Of a DNA stretch of 64,000 bases, positions 49,582 to 58,598 are shown piece by piece. The stretch lies in IMG/VR virus record IMGVR_UViG_3300031772_000002, positions 100,447 to 164,446 of that record; one strand, written 5' to 3'. The first letter of the stretch is position 1. Every line of letters starts with the position of its first letter. Both the position numbers and the translations under genes were made by a program. The notes under the pieces are model-generated. The model searched no databases, was not told the DNA's origin, and saw only the letters and a list, made by a program, of their open reading frames with translations. This stretch comes from a virus.

Positions 49582-51624
49582 TTATTCTTCAATATTATCA
49601 TTTTTATCGATACGAGCATCAAACTTAGTAACAGTTTTTTCATCTGAAATATTTTTAATTTCTTCTTCAGTAAATTTTATATTTTTATTATTACATATCT
49701 TTTCAAATGAATCTTCTGTTATACTATAATATGGTATTATCTCATTAAGAGTTATATCTTTTTCTCTTAATGCAATAACTGTTTTAAGAGGATCGTAAGA
49801 TCGAGAATTTATAGTATAAAAATCCAATACTGCTTTTTCGTCAATAAATATTGTTGAATCACATTGATTTACAAATGATTTACACATTTTTAATAATTTA
49901 GTATTTTCTGATTTATTGCATTCTATTTTTTTCCATGCCTTAATACATGTATCAATATTGGTTATAGAATTAATATTAATATCTTCAGAATTTTGTTTAT
50001 TAAATAATGGACATATTCCATCTTCTCCCAAATAACATGTATGACAATATTCATTTCGAATAGGTTCAAAAGATTTGTTTTCTTCTTTATTTACTTCTAA
50101 TTTAAGATCTTTAATTGCATCGTTAACCCATTCAAGTGCCTCATCGACAATTTGTTTTACATTATCAATTTGATATTCAATTGATTTATTAAAACGTATA
50201 TATTCTATTCTAAAAATAATACTTTGATAAGAATCTTTTGGAAGAAAATAATATACAAGCAAAACATACATTTTCATTTGCATATCATTCTTTAATTGAT
50301 CAACAGTCATCATTTTTCGAGAAGTTTTGTAATCTGTAATAATAACAAATGGACATAAATATGATAAAATATCAATAATACCTCTAATAAAAACTTTATT
50401 AGAATAAAAATCACTTAATATTGATAAATTTTTATCTAATGCTATTTTTAATTCAGTTAATATTATTTCATCATCTAATAAATTAAAACTTTTTTGTTCA
50501 TAGTATTTCCACATAATATAATTAACATCTTTTATAATATTAAAATCAGTACATTTATAAAACATAATAGCTTTTTTTATAATATTAGAAAATGTTAAAT
50601 TATCAGGAATTGAAGGTCTTTCATATGAATCTTTATCAACAGTTTCATTTACTGATTTTATTAATGAAGTCATATCTTTGATATTATCAAATATTGAATC
50701 GATTATATTATTATACTTATATATATAATATGCAAAAAATTTATAATCAACATTAAAAGGTTCTACCCTAAATTCTTTAGATATTTTTTCACGATATAAA
50801 TCAGTTATTATTATATTTTTTAATTCACAATATTTAATAAACTTATTAGCAAACAATTCTCTATATACCCATTCCCCAGACCATTCGGCAATCTTATGAC
50901 AAATATTACCGCAAGTTAAATAATCCCTTTGCGGCTCTTTTATATTCTTTATATAAGTCATAAACCATTTAAATCCACATTGTCTAAATAAATTTATTCG
51001 GCTAAACGAGTACGACTGAGTTTCTATAATATCAATTAAATTTTTATCTATCTTTTTATCTATCTTTTTGTCAACTTGTTTTTTTTCAGAACTTGACTCA
51101 AATAATGTAATTTCTAAATTTTTATTTTCTTTATCGTCAAGATCTTTTAACTTGACAAATAATTCAATTGTTTTTTCAACGTCATAACCAGATCTATGGC
51201 CTAAATTTTCTTCCCATTTAATTCCCATTCTCGTACACGCTAACTTAAGCCTATTTCCTCCGGTATATCTTTTTCTACAAATTTTTAAAGTATCGTAAGT
51301 TGACTTAGGTGTTATTTTTAAAAAACCTAAATCAAAATCATCTATATTATGACCTACCAACACTCTATCTCCAACAAATTTAGCAATTAATTCCCGTACA
51401 CTTTCCAGGTAAATAGGTTTGTCTTTAACCATATCGTATGTTATTTTATTTATTTTTGAGACCTCGATAGGAATAAAGCCAGCCATAGGTTTACATAGAG
51501 TACTTATTGAATTTCCTTTTATTCCTAATCTATTGAATTCTATAGCTGTTACCTCAACAACTTCATCGTTTTGAGGATTAAGTCCGGTTGTCTCTACATC
51601 AATGCATACATAATTATATTCCAT
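49582..51624 (-). CDS. DEDDh (DnaQ-like) 3'-5' exonuclease fused to a PD-(D/E)XK Cas4/AddB-like nuclease
   Basis: IDVETTG, GHNIDDFD, HRSGYD; SFSRINLFRQC, GNICH, RGIID, DYKTS, CHTC...ICP. Confidence 0.85.
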   Translation of the reverse strand: MEYNYVCIDVETTGLNPQNDEVVEVTAIEFNRLGIKGNSISTLCKPMAGFIPIEVSKINKITYDMVKDKPIYLESVRELIAKFVGDRVLVGHNIDDFDLGFLKITPKSTYDTLKICRKRYTGGNRLKLACTRMGIKWEENLGHRSGYDVEKTIELFVKLKDLDDKENKNLEITLFESSSEKKQVDKKIDKKIDKNLIDIIETQSYSFSRINLFRQCGFKWFMTYIKNIKEPQRDYLTCGNICHKIAEWSGEWVYRELFANKFIKYCELKNIIITDLYREKISKEFRVEPFNVDYKFFAYYIYKYNNIIDSIFDNIKDMTSLIKSVNETVDKDSYERPSIPDNLTFSNIIKKAIMFYKCTDFNIIKDVNYIMWKYYEQKSFNLLDDEIILTELKIALDKNLSILSDFYSNKVFIRGIIDILSYLCPFVIITDYKTSRKMMTVDQLKNDMQMKMYVLLVYYFLPKDSYQSIIFRIEYIRFNKSIEYQIDNVKQIVDEALEWVNDAIKDLKLEVNKEENKSFEPIRNEYCHTCYLGEDGICPLFNKQNSEDININSITNIDTCIKAWKKIECNKSENTKLLKMCKSFVNQCDSTIFIDEKAVLDFYTINSRSYDPLKTVIALREKDITLNEIIPYYSITEDSFEKICNNKNIKFTEEEIKNISDEKTVTKFDARIDKNDNIEE

Positions 51625-52000
51625 TTTCTTCTCCTAAAGAATCTATTGTATTAGAAATTTTTTTTATTAAATCAAGAAAAAATTGTATATCAAAATTATT
51701 TTTTGTATTAGGAATTAATTTTTCAATACCACTAAGTATACAAATTAATTCCAACTTTGTAAAATTCACATTTGTAATATTATTAATTTCTCTTACCTTG
51801 ACTCCAAACGAAGTCTCTATGCCATTTTCTAATTCTTCAATCCTGGTCAATAAATTTTTATTTTCACCAGCTATACAGTTTAATTCATTAACTGTTTTTT
51901 CATTTTTTAAATATAATTTCTTATATTTTTTTTTATTATTAATTGTAAATAATATTAATAAACATAACAATAAAAAATTAATTGTTATTATAGTTATCAT
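51614..52000 (-). CDS. Membrane-anchored coiled-coil protein
   Basis: N-terminal hydrophobic helix followed by a Lys-rich stretch; GGAGG RBS. Confidence 0.65.
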   Translation of the reverse strand: MITIITINFLLLCLLILFTINNKKKYKKLYLKNEKTVNELNCIAGENKNLLTRIEELENGIETSFGVKVREINNITNVNFTKLELICILSGIEKLIPNTKNNFDIQFFLDLIKKISNTIDSLGEENGI

Positions 52001-52087
52001 AACGGTCCTCCCATTTTATTATAAGTTAAAAAAAATAATTTATTTATTATATGAAATCTTTTTGAGTATTTTAAAAAATAATAACAT

Positions 52088-52230
52088 TATAACTTAATTT
52101 AGAATCGTTCATTAGAACGACTTATTAAATTTTCTGGGGGGTAGAAATTTTGTACTCAGGACACAAATTTCTACCGCAAAAGAAAATTTAATATCTACCT
52201 ATAAAGGGTTGAGGAGAAACTCCTCATAGT
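52088..52230. ncRNA. Structured repeat, copy A
   Basis: TATAACT..TTAGAATCGTT-loop-AACGA, long interrupted stem, ACCT-ATAAA-GGGT, TGAGGAG-AAA-CTCCTCA. Confidence 0.65.
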
Positions 52231-52254
52231 TTTTCTCTTATAATGTATTTTTTC

Positions 52255-52431
52255 TCAATATAATAATTTTTTTTATCCCTTTTCTTTTTTACAAATTGTA
52301 CATCTGAGTTTTCCAGCCTTTGTATAATTATGAAGTCTTATACCCTTTCCATAAGTTAAATCTTGAAAATCAGAAAAACAATCACACTTAATTTTTGATG
52401 TTCCCGATTTCATAACAACGTTCTGTTTCAA
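52255..52431 (-). CDS. 58-aa Zn-binding phage protein (absent from the ORF track)
   Basis: GGAGG RBS, TTG start; KCDC..DFQD..YGKG.RLHN......RCTIC. Confidence 0.6.
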
Positions 52432-52452
52432 AATATCCTCCAAACATTAAGT

Positions 52453-52650
52453 TTATTGCAATGAATAATAACATCCAATATGAACTTTGTTATAATAAAG
52501 TACTTGTTGATGTTCAGTCAAAGAATCCTCCCCAAGTCTATCCACTCGACAAAGCATATCTTCATATATTTCTTTTATTTTTATCCAATTTTTTTTTTTA
52601 TTAATAATTTTTCCGCAAACTACACAAATATTTTTATTCACCATTATCAC
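52453..52650 (-). CDS. Small Zn-finger-like protein
   Basis: CVVC...HIGC. Confidence 0.55.
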   Translation of the reverse strand: MIMVNKNICVVCGKIINKKKNWIKIKEIYEDMLCRVDRLGEDSLTEHQQVLYYNKVHIGCYYSLQ

Positions 52651-52961
52651 TCCAATTGCAAATAGTGAGAAGCTTCATTTTCTGAATTTTTAATTCGTTT
52701 TTGTTCTGCATTATATAGTATATTATAAGATATTATAATAGCTTCTTTTCTTGAGATTTTCTTTCCAATATTTATTTTATTTTTTCTTTTAATACATTCT
52801 TTTGTTTTCACTTATAACTCCTAAAATTAGTCACAACTAAAATTGAACAGTGCTTAAACTAAGGAAACTACTACTCCCTACTGGGTATATTTTAAATAAA
52901 CAAAATATACCCATATTAAAAATTTAAATTTAAATTTATTGCGAATCGCAATAACATTTCT

Positions 52962-53120
52962 TGTAACTAAAATTAGAAATAGTTCATAAACATGAACTAT
53001 TGATTTTTCCAATAGTTCACTACAATATTCTTCAGCTTCGTAGAACGAGCTGAAGAATATTGCATGAACATTTGGAAAAAAACCTTTTTTTTAAAAGGCT
53101 CAAGGAGAAACTCCTTGATT
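52962..53120. ncRNA. Structured repeat, copy D (divergent)
   Basis: TAACTAAAATTAGAA, hairpin, long stem, CCTTT/AAAGG, TCAAGGAG-AAA-CTCCTTGA. Confidence 0.55.
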
Positions 53121-53150
53121 ATAACTTACATAATAAATACTTTTAATCTA

Positions 53151-53471
53151 TTAATTTTTTTTTTTTTTAAATCTTTTCTTGTCAATTTTAAATTTATTCA
53201 TATCCACCTTAAATCTTTCTTTGTTCCACTCACTTTTTTCTTCTTCTCTTAAATTTTTGAGTTCAATATTCCAACCCTGTGTGTGAGAAATAGGCCCATT
53301 AGATAAACATATAGGAGAAGAAGAACCTTTTGGCTCGGCTCTAGTAATATCCGAACTCAATAAAATACTGGCATCACAAGGACATATAGTTTGAGAAGAT
53401 TCCATTGGAGTAGACAAAGTATATATCTTATTTTTACAATCTTCATTAAATTGTAATTTTTTCTTTATCAT
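53151..53471 (-). CDS. Hypothetical protein between structured repeats
   Basis: AGGAGTGG RBS. Confidence 0.45.
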   Translation of the reverse strand: MIKKKLQFNEDCKNKIYTLSTPMESSQTICPCDASILLSSDITRAEPKGSSSPICLSNGPISHTQGWNIELKNLREEEKSEWNKERFKVDMNKFKIDKKRFKKKKN

Positions 53472-53519
53472 ACCACTCCTAAATCATAAGTGTCTAAGTA
53501 ACTGATAATAAATATTTTC

Positions 53520-53669
53520 TATAACTAAATTTAGAATCGTTGATAACAACGATATAAATACAATTCTGGTACAATAAACTTTGTAGCCTTTCCCAAAGGC
53601 ATAAAAGTTTATTGCGAAAAGAATTGTTTATACTTACCTATAAAAGGTTGAGGAGAAACTCCTCATAGT
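53520..53669. ncRNA. Structured repeat, copy B
   Basis: Same architecture as copy A with a different central stem sequence. Confidence 0.65.
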
Positions 53670-53692
53670 ATATTCGCTTAAAGAAAATTATT

Positions 53693-53854
53693 TATAACTA
53701 ATTAGAATCGTTTTTATATAACGATTTTAAAATTTTCGTTGTGCAAAAATTTTGGATGCCATTCGTGATGTAACCAGAATGGCTACAAAATTTTTGCGAC
53801 TGAGAAAATTTTTGACTTATCTTTAAAAAAGATTGTGGAGAAACTCCACACAGT
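53693..53854. ncRNA. Structured repeat, copy C
   Basis: Same architecture; compensatory TGTGGAG-AAA-CTCCACA. Confidence 0.65.
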
Positions 53855-53868
53855 CAATCTCTTATAAA

Positions 53869-54960
53869 TTATATATTTTTCTTTTCCAATTCTCCTGATA
53901 GTAATTTTACAGCTTCATCAATCGATGATTTGTTTTCTTTTTTTATTTTATTTACCGGCAACTCATCATCACCAATTATTTTATCTGCATCAATACCAAA
54001 TTCTATTGCAGAATTTTTTCCCATTTCAATATCATCATCGCTTCCATCTATATCAGTAATATTGGTTAAACCTAACAATTCCTCTTCAACATTACCAATT
54101 AAAGAAAAAGATTCGGATGAATTTATTACATTTGAATTTTTTGCATTGAATTCTATACCCCTTTTAATAGGGTCCATTATCATAGTTATACACTCAGGAG
54201 TAGGAGAAATTTCTGTTATAAAAACATCTTTACCTCCTGATTTTATTTTTTTATGTACCATAAATAATTTTATTCCAAAAAATCCTTCAAATGGAAATTC
54301 TTTTTGTGCTTCTCTTTTTTTTACAATATAAGCTACTTTTAATAATTCAAACAATTGAAGAAGACTTGACTCTATCCCCATAATAGAATTTATAGATCTT
54401 GTTTCAAATCTATAAGGATTTGGACTAAAATCTATTGTAGGAAAACACTTAAACATTCCTTGTTGTTTACATGCCTTTGATTTAAAATCAGGACATTCTT
54501 TATATAAACATCCCTTTTTACCATCAAACTCCCTACTGATCCATTTTCTATTTCCACCACTATCAAACGTTAAGTATTTAGCTTCAGTTCCTTTTCCATG
54601 GCTCTTACATATTAAACCATCTGATGAAGAAAACATAGATAAAGAACTATCCCACATTTCATCTATACTCTTATATAGACATACAATTTCTATTCTCCTT
54701 GGAGTCTTACTATTATTATTAATTTTCTCCAAAGCTTCCTGCACTTCTTTATTAAGAATCCAATCTCTTGTTACAATCGTATTCGATCCAACTCTTTTTG
54801 TATTTGTAACTTCTTTTAGCATTCTAAAATATCCTGCAGGTTTTGGATAATTATTATTATTTGGCGGTTCGTTAGGCATGAACCCAGTAGAAATTTTTCC
54901 ACCATATTTTATTATCATGTTAGGAATTTTTTCATCCATATGAGTTAATCCAATTATCAT
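53869..54960 (-). CDS. Gp3-like / recombination-directionality-factor-like protein
   Basis: GKI.TG...YP....YF...LICKSHG...C...ECP......CK..G...YRFET.S.NS. Confidence 0.65.
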   Translation of the reverse strand: MIIGLTHMDEKIPNMIIKYGGKISTGFMPNEPPNNNNYPKPAGYFRMLKEVTNTKRVGSNTIVTRDWILNKEVQEALEKINNNSKTPRRIEIVCLYKSIDEMWDSSLSMFSSSDGLICKSHGKGTEAKYLTFDSGGNRKWISREFDGKKGCLYKECPDFKSKACKQQGMFKCFPTIDFSPNPYRFETRSINSIMGIESSLLQLFELLKVAYIVKKREAQKEFPFEGFFGIKLFMVHKKIKSGGKDVFITEISPTPECITMIMDPIKRGIEFNAKNSNVINSSESFSLIGNVEEELLGLTNITDIDGSDDDIEMGKNSAIEFGIDADKIIGDDELPVNKIKKENKSSIDEAVKLLSGELEKKNI

Positions 54961-54979
54961 TATTTTCCTTTCTTAATTA

Positions 54980-55012
54980 AAAAACTCCCCACCGTTAAAG
55001 TGGGGAAGTCAA
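54980..55012 (-). terminator. Probable terminator hairpin
   Basis: CCCCAC-CGTTAAA-GTGGGG with U run on the - strand. Confidence 0.55.
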
Positions 55013-55026
55013 ACACTTTCAAAAAT

Positions 55027-55752
55027 TTAAAAAGGTTCTGTTGCTATAACATCATCATCAACAACCCCTGAAGGCCCAATCCCTATAACTGGATCGATAT
55101 CAGATTCCTGAAAATCCATACCTTTATCAACAACACTAATAGGAACAGTATTAGACTGAGATTTATCATTCGCTAATGCCATTCTAATAGAACCTCCATT
55201 AACTTGTACCTTTGGTGAATTGTTATACCATCCATCAATAATATCTACCATTACTTCATTTTTCATAATGTGATCTTTAGTAATGGTAAATTTTCCATTT
55301 TCATTTATATATGAAAATGTTAATTCTTTAATAGTTTTTTGAGGATTAGATAAATCCAAATCCTTACATCCAGTTAAAGCAAACAGTTGAGGCTTTACCA
55401 TTTTTGCAGTATTTAAATACAATTCATTTGACGAACCTTCTCTTGGAACTAAAGCAAGATTATGTAAAATTGTAGATCCCTGCGAAACTGTATCTGTAGA
55501 ATCAACAGTTTCTAACATTATAGTTAAAATAAGTGAACCTTTCTTGGGTGACACGTATAACTTTGGATAAATAATCAATTGCTCATTTTTTAGAGCAATA
55601 AAGTTTTTAACCCTCATTCTGTACTTACCTGAAATTGTAAGACGAACATTTTGTGTCGAGCTGGCGATACTAAAAGATGTACTTATTTTTTCAACATCTT
55701 CTTTAGTCTGCCTTCCGTAGAAATCCTGAATTAACCTATCATTCTCTTGCAT
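55027..55752 (-). CDS. Putative single-stranded DNA-binding protein (DUF669-like OB fold)
   Basis: GKYRMRV N-terminal strand, acidic tail ending DDDVIATEPF, next to the recombination gene. Confidence 0.5.
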   Translation of the reverse strand: MQENDRLIQDFYGRQTKEDVEKISTSFSIASSTQNVRLTISGKYRMRVKNFIALKNEQLIIYPKLYVSPKKGSLILTIMLETVDSTDTVSQGSTILHNLALVPREGSSNELYLNTAKMVKPQLFALTGCKDLDLSNPQKTIKELTFSYINENGKFTITKDHIMKNEVMVDIIDGWYNNSPKVQVNGGSIRMALANDKSQSNTVPISVVDKGMDFQESDIDPVIGIGPSGVVDDDVIATEPF

Positions 55753-55823
55753 ACAAACCCCTTCTTTGATTAAATGATTAAACTACACACTATTATTATT
55801 CCAATAAAATTCAATCAATAACA

Positions 55824-56111
55824 TTACACATAAATGTGTCTTTCAAAAAATTCAATCGGATTTATCTCTTTTATACTATCAACTTTTATCAAAATACCAG
55901 ATTCATATTCAATATAATCACTATCTGTTTGTTGATAATACGTATCCTCTTCAAACCATTCATGAGAAATTTTATCTGCTTTTTTTTCAGCATCATTAAT
56001 ATCATCAGCTTGAACAATAACATCAATATATGTTTCCTGTTCTCCATATATTTCTTTAATAACAATAAGAAAATATTTTAATTCTGGATTGTAGATATTT
56101 ATTTTTTCCAT
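55824..56111 (-). CDS. Small acidic hypothetical protein
   Basis: IVQADDINDAEKKA motif; AAGGA RBS. Confidence 0.6.
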   Translation of the reverse strand: MEKINIYNPELKYFLIVIKEIYGEQETYIDVIVQADDINDAEKKADKISHEWFEEDTYYQQTDSDYIEYESGILIKVDSIKEINPIEFFERHIYV

Positions 56112-56127
56112 GAATTTCCTTTCTAAA

Positions 56128-56550
56128 TTAACTATAAATTTTTTTAAAATTCAATTCATTAAGTTTTTTATTAAATTTTTCTTTAAAAATTTTAAAACAA
56201 AAAATATTTCCTAAACAAATTTTTGAATTTTCCAATTCATCTTTATCCATTTTAAGTATTTTTTCAATTAAAATTATTGTTTTTTTCATAAAGAATATAT
56301 TTTTTTCAATATCATTGTTAAAATTAGAAATTATTATATTATTTTTACTTTTTTCTTCACTTTCTTCAATAAAATTTATTAATTTTTCTACACTAAAATC
56401 TACTAAATTAGAAAGATTTTCCATATTTAAATCCATAGCGCATACTAAACAAAAACTATAATTAATTTTTTCATGATTATAAATACATTTTAATTCATTC
56501 ATTTTTTTTATTTCCTTTATTTTTGAATTATTTTTTATAATAAATACCAA
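56128..56550 (-). CDS. Hypothetical protein
   Basis: ORF in - strand cluster. Confidence 0.5.
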   Translation of the reverse strand: MVFIIKNNSKIKEIKKMNELKCIYNHEKINYSFCLVCAMDLNMENLSNLVDFSVEKLINFIEESEEKSKNNIIISNFNNDIEKNIFFMKKTIILIEKILKMDKDELENSKICLGNIFCFKIFKEKFNKKLNELNFKKIYS

Positions 56551-57080
56551 AAATTATCAATATAATTTATTTGTCTTTTTTTTGGATAATCTAATATTTT
56601 TTTTAAAAACTCAACATCTTCCTTTTCTTTATTAATCGAATCTGTGATAAGATTTTTAATTATATCACCAAACTCTTCCTTTATATTTATATAAGAACAA
56701 CAATTTGTTTTGTAAGATATACTAACTATAGTATAAAAATTAAACAAAAATTCTTTTTTTTTCTCAAGTTCAAATATATATATAGGTATATTAATTCCAT
56801 GCAATTTTGGAGCAAGTTGTTCAATCTTAGTATAAATATCCTGAATACACTGACCTTCTATAAAAACCTCATGTATCTTTGGATATAATTTGCCAATTTT
56901 ATGTATTTTCCCCGGTTCATATTTCACTACAGTAGGCAGTATTGGCTTCCTTTTAATTATTAATCGAATCAATTCTGTGATAGTATTTTTGATTATATCA
57001 CCAAATTTTTTCTTTGTATTGATATATGTTAATTCTAATTGTTTAGGTACAAAATCAATTCCACATTTCCATATTTTCAT
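56535..57080 (-). CDS. Hypothetical protein
   Basis: AGGAG RBS; internal repeat YIN.K..FGDIIKN.IT. Confidence 0.6.
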   Translation of the reverse strand: MKIWKCGIDFVPKQLELTYINTKKKFGDIIKNTITELIRLIIKRKPILPTVVKYEPGKIHKIGKLYPKIHEVFIEGQCIQDIYTKIEQLAPKLHGINIPIYIFELEKKKEFLFNFYTIVSISYKTNCCSYINIKEEFGDIIKNLITDSINKEKEDVEFLKKILDYPKKRQINYIDNFWYLL

Positions 57081-57104
57081 TAAAATCTCCTAACAAGAAT
57101 AAAA

Positions 57105-57830
57105 TTAAAAAGGAACTTCATCATCTTCAAAATTAGTTGAACATTCAATAGTTTCAAATTTATTAATATATTCAGATACATTAATTTTTTTTAAAACTGG
57201 AAAATTCCATAACTCATATTCAACTACAATTGGATCTAATCTTCTTTGATAAGAAATTTCATCTCCAAATTCATTAATAAAAACAGAATCAATATAATTA
57301 TCAAATCCGTATAATACTTTGATTGGATATTTATCAAATCCTAATTGTTTAGGATTAAATATTTTTAATTTATTCATAAGTTCTAAAGGAATGGCTTTAA
57401 CATTATACAAATTTAAAAGTTCATCTTTTGATAGTCTTAATTTTTTAATCATATACATTTTAAACCAATCAACATTTATAATATTTATTTCTTTAATTGG
57501 TAACGAATGTATAATCAAAAATTTTAACATGTCTTTATTATTATCAAAAAAATTATTGAGATAATCGATTTTATTATTTTCAATAGATTTAAATCTTTCT
57601 AAAAATAAAGAATATTGATCCTTTAAATTATTAATTTTTGTACATTCATTTAAACTTATTAAAGCGTTTAAATGATTTTCTACAATTTTAGTAATTCTAT
57701 TATTCCAATCAATTTTTTCATCTTTTTTAATTTTATTTGATATTAAATATATCATTTTAAAATCCCTTAAAGCTTTAACAATAAGATTTAAAGATTGAAT
57801 TTTCATAAGAATTGAAAAAATTTCACGCAT
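57105..57830 (-). CDS. Hypothetical protein with SSB-like acidic tail
   Basis: Ends FEDDEVPF; AGGA RBS. Confidence 0.6.
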   Translation of the reverse strand: MREIFSILMKIQSLNLIVKALRDFKMIYLISNKIKKDEKIDWNNRITKIVENHLNALISLNECTKINNLKDQYSLFLERFKSIENNKIDYLNNFFDNNKDMLKFLIIHSLPIKEINIINVDWFKMYMIKKLRLSKDELLNLYNVKAIPLELMNKLKIFNPKQLGFDKYPIKVLYGFDNYIDSVFINEFGDEISYQRRLDPIVVEYELWNFPVLKKINVSEYINKFETIECSTNFEDDEVPF

Positions 57831-57839
57831 AAATTGTCC

Positions 57840-58595
57840 TGATAATAATTGTTTATATTGTTTGTGAACAAAGTTATCTTTTTTTAAAAAATATAACTAC
57901 AAAAAAATATTACTAATATCACTTAATATAACTAATTATATGAATAATTTATCAATAATATAACTTATTATATAACTAATTTATTCAATATTTTCCTGAT
58001 TTAAAAAGATAACAATGTTTATAAACAATATTGACTTTACAAAATGTTGTTCTAAAAAATACTAGAAATTTTATAAAAAAGTATTGTTTATAAACATTGT
58101 TATCTTTTTTTATTTTTATCACAAATTATAGTAATATCAAGAATATTACAGGTATATAACTACTTTTAGTTATAAAAAATGAATTATTTTTTTTTTTTAA
58201 GGTTATAAAATTTTGTAACCTGTATATATATACGTCCCAATATATTTTTTTTTTTACTTATAAGTTATTAATTTAATTATATTTATAATTTAAATGTTGA
58301 AAATATACTTTTTTTTCAATTTCACTATATATATACACACTTCATCTCATCTATCTCATCTTAAACTTTTATGTTATTATAGAGAGTAAGAATTAATGAT
58401 TTTTAATAGATGAATAAGATGAGATAGATATATATATATATATATAAATAAATAATATATATATATATATAATATGTAAGTCATCTATGAAAATCAATGA
58501 GTTACGAATTTATTTTTTCTATAATTATTCTATACTTATTATTAATAAATTATAACTATATAAATATCAATAAGTTACATTATAATACATATTTT
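57840..58595. other. AT-rich non-coding region, candidate replication origin
   Basis: 28-bp perfect inverted repeat 58003-58030/58082-58109, degenerate third copy 57856-57883, 14-bp IR 58349-58362/58416-58429, (TA)n tracts; adjacent to the primase-helicase gene. Confidence 0.5.
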
Positions 58596-58598
58596 TTT

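Noticed and set aside
52088-53854. CRISPR array or tRNA cluster
   Set aside because: No regularly spaced identical 25-45 nt repeats; no cloverleaf, T-loop or CCA features; no cas operon
54980-55012. Another IS605 right-end remnant (hairpin followed by GTCAA)
   Set aside because: Little sequence identity to the other ends; position and U run fit an ordinary terminator
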